A model generated the notes under the pieces. That model saw nothing but the letters and a program-made list of their open reading frames with translations, did no database searches and had not been told where the DNA came from. A DNA stretch of 64,000 bases. It comes from Trueperaceae bacterium (lineage in GTDB: Bacteria > Deinococcota > Deinococci > Deinococcales > Trueperaceae). Of the stretch, positions 48,265 through 59,458 are shown in pieces. The stretch covers positions 1,632,001 through 1,696,000 of the forward strand of contig OZ243956.1 in assembly GCA_965214405.1 (NCBI GenBank), in the 5' to 3' direction. Position 1 is the stretch's first letter. The number at the start of each line of letters is the position of its first letter. Made by a program: the position numbers and the translations under genes.

Positions 48265-50142
48265 ATGGCAAAAGCAGTCGGTATCGACTTAGGCACCACG
48301 AACAGCGTGATCGCGGTGATGGAGGGCGGCGAGCCCACCGTGCTCGTCAACAGCGAGGGCAACCGCACCACGCCGTCGGTGGTCGCGTTCAAAGACGATC
48401 AGCGTTTGGTCGGGCAGGTCGCCAAGCGGCAGGCGGTCTTGAACCCCGCGGGTACGCTTTTTGAGGTCAAGCGCTACATTGGCCGCACCTGGGACGAGGT
48501 CAAAGAAGAGGCCGAGCGTTCGCCCTACGAAGTCGTGCGCGGCGACGACGGCGGCGTGCGTTTTGTGGTGGGCAGCAAGAAGTACACCCCCGAAGAGGTC
48601 TCGGCGATGGTCTTGCGCAAGCTTGTGGACGACGCGTCCGCGACGCTGGGCGAGAAAATCACCAAGGCGGTCGTCACCGTGCCCGCGTACTTTAACAACT
48701 CGCAGCGCGAGGCGACCCAGAACGCGGGTAAGGTCGCAGGTTTGGACGTGCTGCGCATCGTCAACGAACCCACCGCGGCGGCGCTCGCGTACGGGCTCGA
48801 CAAAAAAGGCAACGAGACGGTTTTGGTTTTTGACTTAGGCGGCGGCACCTTCGACGTGTCGGTCTTGGAAGTGGGCGACGGCGTGTTCGAAGTGCGCTCG
48901 ACCTCGGGTGACACGCACCTGGGCGGCTCGGACTTTGACTACGCGATTGTCACCTGGCTCGCCGACGACTTCAAAAAGGAATACAACGTCGATCTGCGCA
49001 AAGACAAACAGGCGTTGCAGCGCCTCTTGGAAGCCGCGGAAAAGGCCAAAATCGAACTCTCCGGCCTCCCCGAGACGACCATCAGCTTGCCTTTCATTGC
49101 GATGGACCCCGGCTCGAACGCGCCCTTGTACTTGGAGAAAAAGCTCACCCGGAGCAAGTTAGAAGAACTCATCAGCCCGCTCCTCAACCGTATCCGCGGC
49201 CCCGTCGAGGCAGCCTTGAAAGACGCGAAGCTGTCGAAGAACGACATCAACGAGGTGCTCTTGGTGGGCGGCTCGACCCGCGTCCCGGCGGTCAAGAAAA
49301 TCGTCAAGGACATGCTCGGCAAAGAGCCCAACCAGTCGGTCAACCCGGACGAGGTCGTGGCGCTGGGCGCGGCCATCCAGGCGGGCGTGCTGACGGGCGA
49401 CGTGGAAGACATCGTGCTCCTCGACGTGACCCCGCTCTCGCTGGGTGTCGAGACGAAGGGCGGCGTGTTCACCAAGCTCATCGACCGCAACACCACCGTG
49501 CCTGTTCGCAAGGCCGAAACATTCACGACGGCTGAAAACAACCAGACGGGCGTCGAGGTCCACGTGCTCCAGGGCGAGCGCGCGATGGCGGGAGCGAACA
49601 AGTCGCTGGGCCGCTTTAAGCTGGAAGGCTTTCCGGCGATGCCCGCGGGAATGCCGCAGGTCGAAATCACTTACGACATCGACGCCAACGGCATCTTGCA
49701 CGTAACCGCCAAGGAAAAGTCGACGGGCAAGGAAGCGTCCATCACCATCCAGAACACCACGACGCTCTCCGAAGACGAAGTCGAGCGCATGGTGCAAGAC
49801 GCCGCCGCGCACTCCGAGGAGGACCGCCAGGCGCGCGAGTACGCCGAGGCCAAGAACACGCTCGACAGCCTCCGCGCGGGGGCGCGGAAACTGGTCGAGG
49901 ACTCGAGCAGCGCCCCCGACGACGTCAAGCAGCCTGTCATCCAGGCCGCCGACGACGCGGAAAGCGCGATCAACAGCAACGCGCCCAAGGAGCGGCTCGA
50001 GGAACTCCAGCGCACCCTCACCGAACGGATGCAGGCGTTGCAGAGCGCCTCGCAAGCGGGTGACGACACAGAAACCGGGCAGCAACAGCCTCCCACCGAA
50101 GACGACGACGTGATCGACGCCGACTTCAAACCCGCGGGGTAA
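48265..50142 (+). CDS. dnaK: Chaperone DnaK
   Basis: [32 protein letters not shown]. Confidence 0.98.
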   Translation: MAKAVGIDLGTTNSVIAVMEGGEPTVLVNSEGNRTTPSVVAFKDDQRLVGQVAKRQAVLNPAGTLFEVKRYIGRTWDEVKEEAERSPYEVVRGDDGGVRFVVGSKKYTPEEVSAMVLRKLVDDASATLGEKITKAVVTVPAYFNNSQREATQNAGKVAGLDVLRIVNEPTAAALAYGLDKKGNETVLVFDLGGGTFDVSVLEVGDGVFEVRSTSGDTHLGGSDFDYAIVTWLADDFKKEYNVDLRKDKQALQRLLEAAEKAKIELSGLPETTISLPFIAMDPGSNAPLYLEKKLTRSKLEELISPLLNRIRGPVEAALKDAKLSKNDINEVLLVGGSTRVPAVKKIVKDMLGKEPNQSVNPDEVVALGAAIQAGVLTGDVEDIVLLDVTPLSLGVETKGGVFTKLIDRNTTVPVRKAETFTTAENNQTGVEVHVLQGERAMAGANKSLGRFKLEGFPAMPAGMPQVEITYDIDANGILHVTAKEKSTGKEASITIQNTTTLSEDEVERMVQDAAAHSEEDRQAREYAEAKNTLDSLRAGARKLVEDSSSAPDDVKQPVIQAADDAESAINSNAPKERLEELQRTLTERMQALQSASQAGDDTETGQQQPPTEDDDVIDADFKPAG

Positions 50143-50784
50143 GTGATGAAGATTGACGACCTAAACCAAAATCCAGCGGATACGGACCCAACCGACATGG
50201 ACTCAGCAAACATGGACCCAGCAGACATGGACAAGGTGCAGCAAACGGCGCGTAGCGAGGGGGAAACCCCCGCCGCGCCGTCCGGGGACGTTCAAGACGG
50301 TGACGTCGAGATTCTCCGCAGCGAACTCTCGACCATGCAGACGCGTTTAGACGAGGCCAAGACGCAGAGCGACGAGATGAAAAACCGTTACTTGCGGGCT
50401 CGGGCGGACTTAGAAAACTACCGCCGCCGCAGCGCGCAAGACCTCGAGCGCGCACGCGAGTCGGGGCAGGACAGCGCGGTTTTGACCGTTTTGACTGTTT
50501 ACGACGACTTGGGTCGCGCGTTGGACGTGGTGGGCGACGACCCCGGCAAAATCATCCCCGGCGTCGAAGCGGTGCGAAGCGGGCTCAAGCGCAACCTGGC
50601 GGCCTTAGGGATAAAAGAAGTGGGCGCGAAGGACGACGCGTTCGACCCCGACTTGCACGAGGCGCTCTCGAGCCTCCCCGCTGCTGACGAGAGCCAAAAG
50701 GGCACCATTGCCGAGGTGTTTCAGGTGGGGTTTGTCAAAAACGACCGGTTGGTGCGGCCTGCGCGCGTCGTCGTGTACCAGTAA
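50143..50784 (+). CDS. grpE: Nucleotide exchange factor GrpE
   Basis: LRA.AD.ENYRRR, FDPDLHEA, RPARVVV; start may be ATG 50146. Confidence 0.95.
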   Translation: MMKIDDLNQNPADTDPTDMDSANMDPADMDKVQQTARSEGETPAAPSGDVQDGDVEILRSELSTMQTRLDEAKTQSDEMKNRYLRARADLENYRRRSAQDLERARESGQDSAVLTVLTVYDDLGRALDVVGDDPGKIIPGVEAVRSGLKRNLAALGIKEVGAKDDAFDPDLHEALSSLPAADESQKGTIAEVFQVGFVKNDRLVRPARVVVYQ

Positions 50785-50793
50785 GGAGGCGCG

Positions 50794-51723
50794 GTGGCGG
50801 CTTACAAAGACTACTACACCACGCTCGGCGTGCCCAAAACGGCCACCCAAAAAGAGATCCGTTCGGCCTTTCGTAAGCTGGCCGCCAAGCACCACCCCGA
50901 CCGCAACCCTGATGACGCAGGGGCCGAGGAGCGCTTCAAGGAAGTTAACGAGGCTTACACGGTTCTTTCGGACGAAGAGAAGCGGAAGTTTTACGACCAG
51001 TACGGCTCGACGGACGGACGTCCGCCGTTTGCGCCCGGCGCAGGAGGCGGTTTCGGCGGCGCGGGCGGGGTTAGTCCTGAAAACTTAGGCGACTTTAGCG
51101 ACTTTTTCCAGACGCTTTTCGGCGGGGGCGGCGTTCGCTTTGGCGAGGGCGGGCGAGGGCGCACCATCTTTACGGGCGGCGCGGACCCGTTTGGCGGCTT
51201 CGCGCAGCGTCAGCCCCTCCAGCAAGACGTCGAGGGCACGGTGACGGTGGGCCTCGGTGAAGCCTACCGGGGCTCGAGCACCACCATTGAAGTGGACGGA
51301 CGGCGCATTGAAGTCACCCTACCCAAGGGTGCCAGAGACGGCTCAAAGCTCCGGCTGCGCGGTCAGGCTCCGGGCGGCGGCGACCTCTACCTCACCATCA
51401 AGTTAGAGAAGCACCCGCGTTTTGAACTTGACGGCGACAACGTCCGCGTCACCGTGGACGTGCCCGACTACCGCGCCGTGTTGGGCGGCTCCGTGCGGGT
51501 GCCGACCCTGGACGGCGACGTGGAGATGACGCTTCCTGAAAACAGCCAGAGCGGGCGCGTGCTGAGACTGCGCGGTCAAGGTTGGCTCAGGCGCGACGGC
51601 GCGCGCGGCGACGAGTTGGCCGAGGTTCGCGTGACGGTTCCTCCCAAAGTCAGTCAGGAGCAGCTCGAGCTTTATCAGAAGTTAGAGGCGCTCGAGACCG
51701 CCCAACCCGAGGCCGCCGCGTGA
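50794..51723 (+). CDS. dnaJ: DnaJ class B / CbpA-like co-chaperone (no Zn finger)
   Basis: KDYY..LGV, HPD, G/F region, C-terminal domain. Confidence 0.9.
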   Translation: MAAYKDYYTTLGVPKTATQKEIRSAFRKLAAKHHPDRNPDDAGAEERFKEVNEAYTVLSDEEKRKFYDQYGSTDGRPPFAPGAGGGFGGAGGVSPENLGDFSDFFQTLFGGGGVRFGEGGRGRTIFTGGADPFGGFAQRQPLQQDVEGTVTVGLGEAYRGSSTTIEVDGRRIEVTLPKGARDGSKLRLRGQAPGGGDLYLTIKLEKHPRFELDGDNVRVTVDVPDYRAVLGGSVRVPTLDGDVEMTLPENSQSGRVLRLRGQGWLRRDGARGDELAEVRVTVPPKVSQEQLELYQKLEALETAQPEAAA

Positions 51724-51944
51724 AGGCGGCCTTTTTGCTTTTGCTTGCCATTGCTTGCCACTGGTAAAGAGGGTACACGCGTCCTCACCTATTTTTCCAA
51801 ATAAGCCTTAGCGCGAAACTCTTCATCTTTGTTCATCCCGCCCCACACCCCTTCTCACCTCCCGCGTGATAACGTCAGCTCTGAAAGCGCGGCGTGGTGA
51901 AATTCACACGCGTCGGGCGCTCGAGAAAGAGAAGGGATTTTGTG

Positions 51945-53111
51945 ATGAAACGTTTGACGGTGACGAGCCTCGCGCTCGTGCTTTTGACGCTATTAGGGTT
52001 GGGGACGGCCCAGGATACTCCGGCCTCGCTCGACCCCGTCGTGATTCAGGTGGGCGACACGACCGAGACGCTAAGCAACTTTAACCAACGTTTTGAGATT
52101 GCCCTGCGCAACGTGGCCGCGCAGCAGGGCGTGGGGCTAGACGCCGCCACCCGCGCCCAGTTCGAGGGCTTTAAGCCCGTATTTTTAGACCAGCGCGCCA
52201 CCGAGCTCGCGCTGCTTGGGGAGGCGCAAGCGCGCGGCGTTACTGTGCCCGACGAAGACGTGGACGCGCGCGTCGCCGAGGCCCGGCAGAACTTCGATTC
52301 GGACGAGGCGTTTAACGAGGCGCTCCAGAGCGCAGGCTTCGCCGACGAGGCGCAGTTAAGGCAGATTATCCGCGAGACCGACACCATCCAGGCGGTCGTT
52401 GACGCGCTCCGCGAGGAGGTTGAGGTCAGCGACGCGGACGTTGAAGCCTACTACAATGAAAATCAGGCCCAGTTCGAGAGCCCCGAGCAGGTCTGCGCGC
52501 GCCACATTTTGGTGGCGACCGAAGAGGAGGCGCAGAGCATCTCTCAAGAACTTGAGGGCGGGGCCGACTTCGCCACGCTCGCCCAGGAACGCAGCACCGA
52601 CCCCGGCAGCGGCGCGCAGGGCGGCGACTTGGGCTGCTTTACGCAAGACCGCATGGTCGCGCCTTTTGCCGAGGCCGCCTTTGGGGCTACCGTCGATGAG
52701 GTTGTAGGCCCCGTCCAGACGCAGTTCGGTTATCACCTCATCAAGGTGTACGAGCGCCGCGAGGCGGGCGTCCAACCGCTTGACGAGGTGCAAGAGGGCG
52801 TTCGTCAGCAGCTTCAAGAGCAGGGCTTGAGCGACAGCATCGCCGCGCTCCGCGAAACCTATAACGTTCAGACCTTTCCCGAAAATCTCGGCGTGGGCGC
52901 GACGGGCGGCGGGGCAGAAACAGGTGGCGCAGAAACAGACGGCGCAGAAACAGACGGCGCGGGTGACGTGGCTGTAACCGGCGGAGACGTTACGGGTGGT
53001 GTCATGACGGGCGGAGACGCTACGGGGGGCACACCAACGGGCGGCGCAGCGACGGGCGGAACCGACGTGACCGGCGGTGAAGGAATGACGGGTGGTACAG
53101 GCGGTCAGTAG
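51945..53111 (+). CDS. Exported parvulin-type peptidyl-prolyl isomerase (PrsA/SurA-like) with G/T-rich tail
   Basis: Signal peptide, ARHILV, GGDLG, FGYHLI; TGG repeats at the C-terminus. Confidence 0.88.
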   Translation: MKRLTVTSLALVLLTLLGLGTAQDTPASLDPVVIQVGDTTETLSNFNQRFEIALRNVAAQQGVGLDAATRAQFEGFKPVFLDQRATELALLGEAQARGVTVPDEDVDARVAEARQNFDSDEAFNEALQSAGFADEAQLRQIIRETDTIQAVVDALREEVEVSDADVEAYYNENQAQFESPEQVCARHILVATEEEAQSISQELEGGADFATLAQERSTDPGSGAQGGDLGCFTQDRMVAPFAEAAFGATVDEVVGPVQTQFGYHLIKVYERREAGVQPLDEVQEGVRQQLQEQGLSDSIAALRETYNVQTFPENLGVGATGGGAETGGAETDGAETDGAGDVAVTGGDVTGGVMTGGDATGGTPTGGAATGGTDVTGGEGMTGGTGGQ

Positions 53112-53286
53112 CTTTTTGTGATGTTTGGCCGGTAGATGTTTGACTCGAGCAGAGACGGGATTTCACCTCCCGTCTCTTTTCGCTCGAGCCTTGTGAAATT
53201 ACCCGAGACGGGGTTGAAGCAGGTCAGTCGTCGGAATCCAGAAACAGCATTCAGCCGATCCGGGACGTCCGTGCGACGATGAGGGC

Positions 53287-53892
53287 ATGACTGACGCTGC
53301 GGCTCCCAAAGAAACTCACAGCGAGACCGGTAGCGGCCCCTATAGCGGCGTCGTGCTTGCGGGGGGGTGCTCGAGCCGCTTTGGTCGTGACAAGGCGCTG
53401 CACGTCTACCGCGGCAAGCCTCTGCTGCAATGGGTTTTGGATTCGCTCGCAGGCGCAGGTGAACGCCTGGTGATTGCTGAACGCGACTATCCCGACTTTG
53501 GCGTTCCCGTTCGTCCCGACCTGATAAGCGGGGGGAGCAGCCTGAGCGGTCTTCACGCGGCGCTCTCTTACGCGCGCCATGACTGGGTCGCGCTCGCCGC
53601 GTGCGACATGCCCTTCTTGACGCCTGCCTATTGGGAACAGCTTTGGGCGCGTCGGGGGGCGGCACCTCTCGTCGTCGCAACCAATCAGGCGGGGGGACCC
53701 GAGCCCCTCGCCGCCCTTTACCACCGCGCGCTCTTGCCGCTCGTGACGCAAAAGTTGGGGCAGGGCGACTTGAGGATGAGCGCGCTCGCCTCGCAAGCGG
53801 GCGCGTCTGTGGTGAGCTGGCGCGACCTGGCCCCCCACGTCGACGCGCGGCTTTTTCTCAACGTCAACACACCCGGCCAACTGCCCCCTTGA
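53287..53892 (+). CDS. mobA: Molybdenum cofactor guanylyltransferase
   Basis: LAGG.SSRFG.DKA, ACDMP, EPL.ALY, NVNTP. Confidence 0.92.
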   Translation: MTDAAAPKETHSETGSGPYSGVVLAGGCSSRFGRDKALHVYRGKPLLQWVLDSLAGAGERLVIAERDYPDFGVPVRPDLISGGSSLSGLHAALSYARHDWVALAACDMPFLTPAYWEQLWARRGAAPLVVATNQAGGPEPLAALYHRALLPLVTQKLGQGDLRMSALASQAGASVVSWRDLAPHVDARLFLNVNTPGQLPP

Positions 53893-54299
53893 GGGTGCGT
53901 TTGAGCCGTATCACTTGATGGCAAAGCTTTTCATCCAGCGTTAAAGACTCAATATCAGCCTCGCATGAACCCGCTCGAGGGAACATTGTGAAAAGGTTCA
54001 AGCGCGGGCCGCCCAAAACTCGCTAGAGTAACCCTGTGGTTTTAGCCCCCGGGTCGTGGAAGGTACAGCGCCAGAAGGAGCGGTTGTTTGCGTTCAGCCT
54101 CGAGCGCCAGGCAGGCATGGTGAAGGCGGGAGGTTTGGGCGCACACCCCGCCATTCCTTCGCGCTCGAGCACGCTCCGAGGTGACCGCTGTCACCCGAAA
54201 ATTGCCAGGTGGGGCGTTAAATGGTAGGGTTCGGGCAGCAGACGGTAGCGCTCAACACCCCCCCATCCAACCGAGGGATTCCAAAAGAGTGAGGTACGT

Positions 54300-55655
54300 A
54301 TGAAAGTTGTGATTATCGGCACAGGCTATGTAGGACTTACGACGGGCGTCGCGCTCGCCTATCTCGGACACCGCGTCACGTGCGTGGATAAAAATCCGCA
54401 GATTATCGACACGCTCAGGTCGGGCCGCGCGACCATTCACGAGCCCGGACTCGACGAGCTTTTGCACGAGTCGAAGTCGCGCCTCACCTTTCAGACGGAC
54501 ATCCCTGCGCTAGAGGGCAAAGAGGTCGTCATCATCGCGGTGGGCACGCCCACCAAGCACAACGGCGACGCCGACCTTCAGTATGTGGACGCGGCGGCGC
54601 GCGAAGTCGCGGCGTGCATTACCGACGGCGCGCAACTCGTCGTCGTCAACAAGTCCACCGTACCCGTGGGCAGCGCGCGCCACGTCGAGGGCATCATCCA
54701 CCGCGAACTCGCCATGAAAGGCGTCAAGGCCGACGTGTGGGTCGCCTCGAACCCCGAATTTTTGGCCGAGGGCCGCGCGACGCACGACACGCTCTACCCC
54801 GACCGCATCGTGGTGGGGGCCGACAACCCCACCGCCATAGGGATGCTCCGCGAGCTCTATGCGCCCCTGTTAGAGCAAGACTTCGACGCGCCCACGCAGA
54901 CGCCCCGCCCGGAGCGCTACCCCCTGCCCTCGCTCATCACCACCACCGCCACCAGCGCCGAGCTGACCAAATACGCCGCCAACTCCTTTTTGGCGACCAA
55001 AATCTCGTTTATCAACGAGTTCGCGCAGCTCGCCGAGCACATCGGCGCGGACATCACGCAGGTCGCGCGCGCTATCGGGCTAGACACCCGCATCGGCCCC
55101 AAATTTTTGCACGCGGGCCTCGGCTGGGGCGGCTCCTGCTTCGGCAAGGACACCCGGGCCATCGTGACGATGGCTAAGGGCTACGACCACACCATGTCGA
55201 TTGTCGAGGCCGCCATCGACGTGAACCAGCGCCAGCGCCTCCACGTCATCGACCGCTTGCAGCAACACCTCAAGGTGCTGCGCGGCACGACCATCGGCAT
55301 TTTGGGCTTGGCGTTCAAGGGCAACACCGACGATCTAAGAGACGCGCCCGCCCTGACCATTATCGAGAAGCTTCACGAGCGCGGGGCCATCATCCGCGTT
55401 CACGACCCCATCGCAATGGACAGCGCCAAAAAGCTCTACCCCGACCTGCCCGTCGAATACTGCGAAGACGCCATGTGTTTGGCGCTGGGGTGTGACGCGC
55501 TCGTCGTCGCAACCGACTGGCAAGAGTACAAGCACCTTCCCTTCGACGAGATGAAAAAGCGGATGAAGGGCGACCTCATCCTAGACGCCCGCAACCTGCT
55601 CAACGCCGCCGAGATTCAGGAAAAAGGCTTTACCTACGTCGGCGTCGGCCGTTAG
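54300..55655 (+). CDS. ugd: UDP-glucose 6-dehydrogenase
   Basis: GTGYVG, KSTVPVG, NPEFLAEG, GGSCFGKD, AFK.NTDD.R. Confidence 0.93.
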   Translation: MKVVIIGTGYVGLTTGVALAYLGHRVTCVDKNPQIIDTLRSGRATIHEPGLDELLHESKSRLTFQTDIPALEGKEVVIIAVGTPTKHNGDADLQYVDAAAREVAACITDGAQLVVVNKSTVPVGSARHVEGIIHRELAMKGVKADVWVASNPEFLAEGRATHDTLYPDRIVVGADNPTAIGMLRELYAPLLEQDFDAPTQTPRPERYPLPSLITTTATSAELTKYAANSFLATKISFINEFAQLAEHIGADITQVARAIGLDTRIGPKFLHAGLGWGGSCFGKDTRAIVTMAKGYDHTMSIVEAAIDVNQRQRLHVIDRLQQHLKVLRGTTIGILGLAFKGNTDDLRDAPALTIIEKLHERGAIIRVHDPIAMDSAKKLYPDLPVEYCEDAMCLALGCDALVVATDWQEYKHLPFDEMKKRMKGDLILDARNLLNAAEIQEKGFTYVGVGR

Positions 55656-55815
55656 GCGCGTAGGGCGTCGCCGATAGGCTTTTTACATATGCTTTGACGT
55701 ACGATGACGCTGCACAAAGCAGCGTCATTTTTCTTGAAGCCCTCACCTCAACCTTGAGCCGGGGCTTGCGCGCATACCGTGAAGCTCCGCTAGCGCTCCC
55801 TTCTGTGAGGCTCTT

Positions 55816-57969
55816 ATGAAAGTCTATTCGTTCGACGTGTTCGACACCTGCGTGGTGCGGTGCTACCCGCGCCCCACCGATCTCTTTTACCCGCTCGCCA
55901 GCGCGATGCTGACTCAGACGCGCGGCAAAGAGGCGTTTGCCGAGGCGGAGGTTTACGAGCTCGTCCGGGAACGAATCGCGGCTGAAAGGGAGGCGCAGCG
56001 GACGAAAACGCGGGGAGACGTCACGCTCGCCGACATCTACCGCGCGTTCTCTTCTCTTGACGTTTGGGGCATCAACCCACACGCCATGCAAGAGGCAGAG
56101 GTGGCGCTCGAGCTCCGCGCCGTGCGCCCCGTTCATGTAATCAAAAGGCGCATCGAGACGTTGCGGGCGGGGGGCGCACGTATTATTTATATTTCGGACA
56201 TGTACCTGCCCCACGCAGTCATCTGGCAGATGCTCATTGACCAGGGTGTCGCGCAGGAGGGCGAAACGCTTTACGTGTCGGGCGACTTGGGCGTTACAAA
56301 ACGTTCGGGAAGGCTTTTCGACCACGTTCTGAAAACCGAGGGGCTAAAGCCGGGTGAGCTCGAGCACGTCGGCGACAACGTCTACGGCGACTTTTTCGCC
56401 GCGCGCAAGCGGGGCGTCAAGGCGGAGCACTTTACCGCCTCGCACCCCAACCGTTTTGAGGACGCGCTTTTGCGCGGCGCGCCGAACGCCCCACAAGACG
56501 CCGCGCTCGTCGCGGGGCTGAGCCGCGCCACCAGGCTCTCCGCCCCCATGAGTGCCGCAGCGGAGGGGGGGCAAGCCAGGAGTGTAGACGATAGGTCTAG
56601 CTCAGACGGAGCCGTGAGGGACAGCGTCACGGCCTTGAGCGCAAACGTCTTGGCACCCCTTCTAAGCGGTTTCGCGCTCTGGATGCTAAGAGACGCGCAG
56701 GCCAGGGGGCTCGAGCGCCTCTACTTCACCGAGGGCAACGACCTTATGCTAAAGGTGACCCAAGCTCTCGCGCCAGCCGGTGCGCCCGAACTCCGTTATC
56801 TGCACGGTTCGGAAGATGCGTGGCGTCTAGCCTCCTTGACCGAGCACGACATACTGAGGCTTCAGGGTGACCCGGCGGGGACGCCGCAACACCACGCCAG
56901 GCTCGACATCATGCCCGACCTCGTCATGCCTAGCGCCCCTGCGTCCGGCGGCGGCGGGGCGTGGCGCGCGCTCGAGCAGAGCGCAGGGGCAGGCAACGTC
57001 AGCACACCCCAACGCGCGCTCGAGGACCCCAAAGCTTCTCAACAGGTGCTCGAGCGCGCCCTGAAAGCGAGGGAGGACGCGCTCGCCTATTTTAGACAAG
57101 AAGGTCTTTTGGACGACCAGGCGTGGGCGGTTGTAGACACGGGCTGGACGCTGGAGGCGCAGCAGTCACTCAAGAAGATATTGGGGGCGGGCGGGCAAAA
57201 TCACATATTTGGTTACTACCTGGGGCTTTCTAAAACCCGCGTCCGAGCGCCCCAAAGCGGGCCGAGCCGCGCCTTTTTTCTCGAGGAGGCCGAGACCGCG
57301 CCGGGCGGGGGAAGCGCGCCCCTGTTTGAAAGCAAAAGGCTGATTGAACACCTCCTCAAGGCGGCGGGGCGCACCCAGGGCTACCGCTGCGAGGCCGGAC
57401 GCGTCGTTCCCTATCCCGCAGCCCAGTCCACAGATCAGCCCGCCAAGCAGGAGCAGGCGCAAATGGAGGTGGTACGCATCCTCGAAGAAACCACCGTCGT
57501 CTTTGCTCGAGAACTTACGCAGAGCGACCTTATGCTACCGGATGGTTATGACGAGAATAGCTTTAGGAAAAATGCTTCTAAAGAGGACGTTTTCAAAGGA
57601 GCCGCGCGCGCCGCTGTAAACCTCTTTCTCTCGAAACCCACACGCCGCGAGGCTCGAGCCGTCACCGCCCTCCTTGACGCCGCTGCCCACCCCAAAACGC
57701 CGACGCCGCTCTTGCACCCCCTGCGCGCCAGCACCCTCTACCGTTTTGCCAGGGACGCCGGAGGTCTCTTCCGTTCACGTTCCCGCCGCCGCGCGCTCGC
57801 CAACCTCAAGGGGCTGCGTGAGAGTTTCCCTTGGCTCGAGGGGTCCGTGGCGCTCTCAGGCCCCTGGACTCGTCCCCTCTTGTGGGCGATCCAAGAGGCG
57901 CGGGGGCTTCGCAAGGCGCGAAAAGGCTGGGCGGTCAGGGCCGCGCGCGTGATGCAGGGGCGGCGCTAG
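55816..57969 (+). CDS. HAD-superfamily protein of the polysaccharide-locus type
   Basis: SFDVFDT, ISDMYL, K..G.LF, HVGDN...D; C-terminal VVDTGW. Confidence 0.75.
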   Translation: MKVYSFDVFDTCVVRCYPRPTDLFYPLASAMLTQTRGKEAFAEAEVYELVRERIAAEREAQRTKTRGDVTLADIYRAFSSLDVWGINPHAMQEAEVALELRAVRPVHVIKRRIETLRAGGARIIYISDMYLPHAVIWQMLIDQGVAQEGETLYVSGDLGVTKRSGRLFDHVLKTEGLKPGELEHVGDNVYGDFFAARKRGVKAEHFTASHPNRFEDALLRGAPNAPQDAALVAGLSRATRLSAPMSAAAEGGQARSVDDRSSSDGAVRDSVTALSANVLAPLLSGFALWMLRDAQARGLERLYFTEGNDLMLKVTQALAPAGAPELRYLHGSEDAWRLASLTEHDILRLQGDPAGTPQHHARLDIMPDLVMPSAPASGGGGAWRALEQSAGAGNVSTPQRALEDPKASQQVLERALKAREDALAYFRQEGLLDDQAWAVVDTGWTLEAQQSLKKILGAGGQNHIFGYYLGLSKTRVRAPQSGPSRAFFLEEAETAPGGGSAPLFESKRLIEHLLKAAGRTQGYRCEAGRVVPYPAAQSTDQPAKQEQAQMEVVRILEETTVVFARELTQSDLMLPDGYDENSFRKNASKEDVFKGAARAAVNLFLSKPTRREARAVTALLDAAAHPKTPTPLLHPLRASTLYRFARDAGGLFRSRSRRRALANLKGLRESFPWLEGSVALSGPWTRPLLWAIQEARGLRKARKGWAVRAARVMQGRR

Positions 57970-58101
57970 CTCCTAAACCTCTGGCTGTGCTTCAGACCTC
58001 ATGATGAACTCGCGTTACGCAGATATGAGTGTGAGGTAGGGTAATGGGGAGATAGGGGAAAACCAAAAGCTTACGCTCCCCATTTACCCCCCAACTCCCT
58101 A

Positions 58102-58204
58102 GTACACCAACCATTTTATATTGAGGGATAGAGCCACAACTCCCTGGTGTCGTTCACAGCAGCTTCCATTTGGCTTATCCATCAATACTTTATGGTCGGA
58201 GCAC
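58102..58204. mobile_element. MITE-like element with IS630-type ends
   Basis: Imperfect inverted repeats of about 38 bp including the flanking CTA: CTAGTACACCAACCATTTTATATTGAGGGATAGAGCCA vs CTAGTGCTCCGACCATAAAGTATTGATGGATAAGCCA; TA on both sides. Confidence 0.6.
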
Positions 58205-58206
58205 TA

Positions 58207-59397
58207 GTACCCTAACCAGGTAGAACAGAGGGGTAAAGTCGTTTAAGTTTAACGCGGGCATCGTCTGTGGTGAAGCGCCAGTCCACAGTATTTTTACGAT
58301 TGTTACGCTGCCCAGCCCAGACTTGAACGTCTTCTTTGAGAGTGTCCACGGAGGCTACGTGGTCAGCCAAACACTGTTTAGCCAAGACGGAAAGTTCGAT
58401 TTCTGCCATGTTCAACCACGAACCGTGTACAGGTGTGTAGTGGATTTCAAGCTTCTGGACCAACCGTTGCGCCTCGTGGGGAGCAAAGGTTTGGTAAAGG
58501 CTGCTGGCGTGGTGGGTGCTCAGGTTGTCCTGCACCAGCACGACCTTGCTTGCGTCGGGGAAGCACTCGTCCACTAAATAGCGGATGACATGGGCGTAAT
58601 CGTCGGCAGTGCGCGTTTTATGAACTTGCACCTCACGCCACGCCTCAAGTGGCGCAAAAAGCATGAACAGGTTGGCCTGGCCGTGGCGCTCGTATTCGTA
58701 ATCCACACGCTGAGGCTTGCCCGGCTCTAAGGGCAGGTCTTCCTGGACGCTGCTTGTAAGTTGTTTACACGCTTCGTCCAAACATACCACCGGTCGCTTA
58801 GGGTCGTGCGGACGTTGGTAGACTTCCAGTACATCTTCCATTTGGGCGACGAAGCGGGCGTTCTCTTTGGGTGGAATCACCCAGCACTTCTTTAACCAAG
58901 GCTTGAGTTCGTTTTTTTAAGCGTTTGTCGGATGGTCTCTTTCGCAACGCCATCGACGTAGCCCGCCGCAATCACTTTGTCTTGCAGCAGTTCCAGGGTC
59001 CAGCGCTTTCGTCCCTTGGGAGCTTCGCTGCAAACGCTGGCAATCAGAAACGCCTCTGCTTCGCCACCCAGCACTCTTACCTTGCGCTGCTGTTGCTCTT
59101 TACGAAATACCGACTCTACACCTCGCTCTAAAAACGCCTTCTTGACTCGCACTACCGTAGGTGGACTGACCCTTAGCTTGGTTCGTATCGCCTCGACTTT
59201 CCACGCGCCTTCCTCACGGTTGGTGTCCGACAACAGCAGAATGCGGGCACGGGTCTTTTCTCGTAGCGAGCGCTTATTCGCACGTGCTAACTTTTCTAGC
59301 TCTGTACGTTCTTCGGCTTGTAAGCTTATCTTTATGGCTGCTGGCATGAAAGAAAAAATAGCAGCTTTTGTCTTAACTTGCTACCTGGTTGGGGTAC
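58207..59397 (-). mobile_element. IS630 family insertion sequence (about 1.19 kb)
   Basis: TIRs GTACCCTAACCAGGTAG / GTACCCCAACCAGGTAG, flanking TA duplication, split transposase. Confidence 0.92.
58212..59347 (-). CDS. IS630 transposase (HTH ORF 58892-59347 and DDE ORF joined by -1 frameshift)
   Basis: A7 run at 58912-58918 fuses LKK to NELKPW; CLDE, DNLSTH, SWLNMAE. Confidence 0.9.
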
Positions 59398-59458
59398 TAG
59401 TCTCCAAACGGCTTAAAAGACCACTGATTAGAGCGTAACGACGAGCGCGTGAAGTGAG

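Noticed and set aside
53112..53286. Moco riboswitch upstream of mobA (also looked upstream of moaA)
   Set aside because: The conserved Moco RNA motif elements could not be recognised; a cmsearch would be needed.
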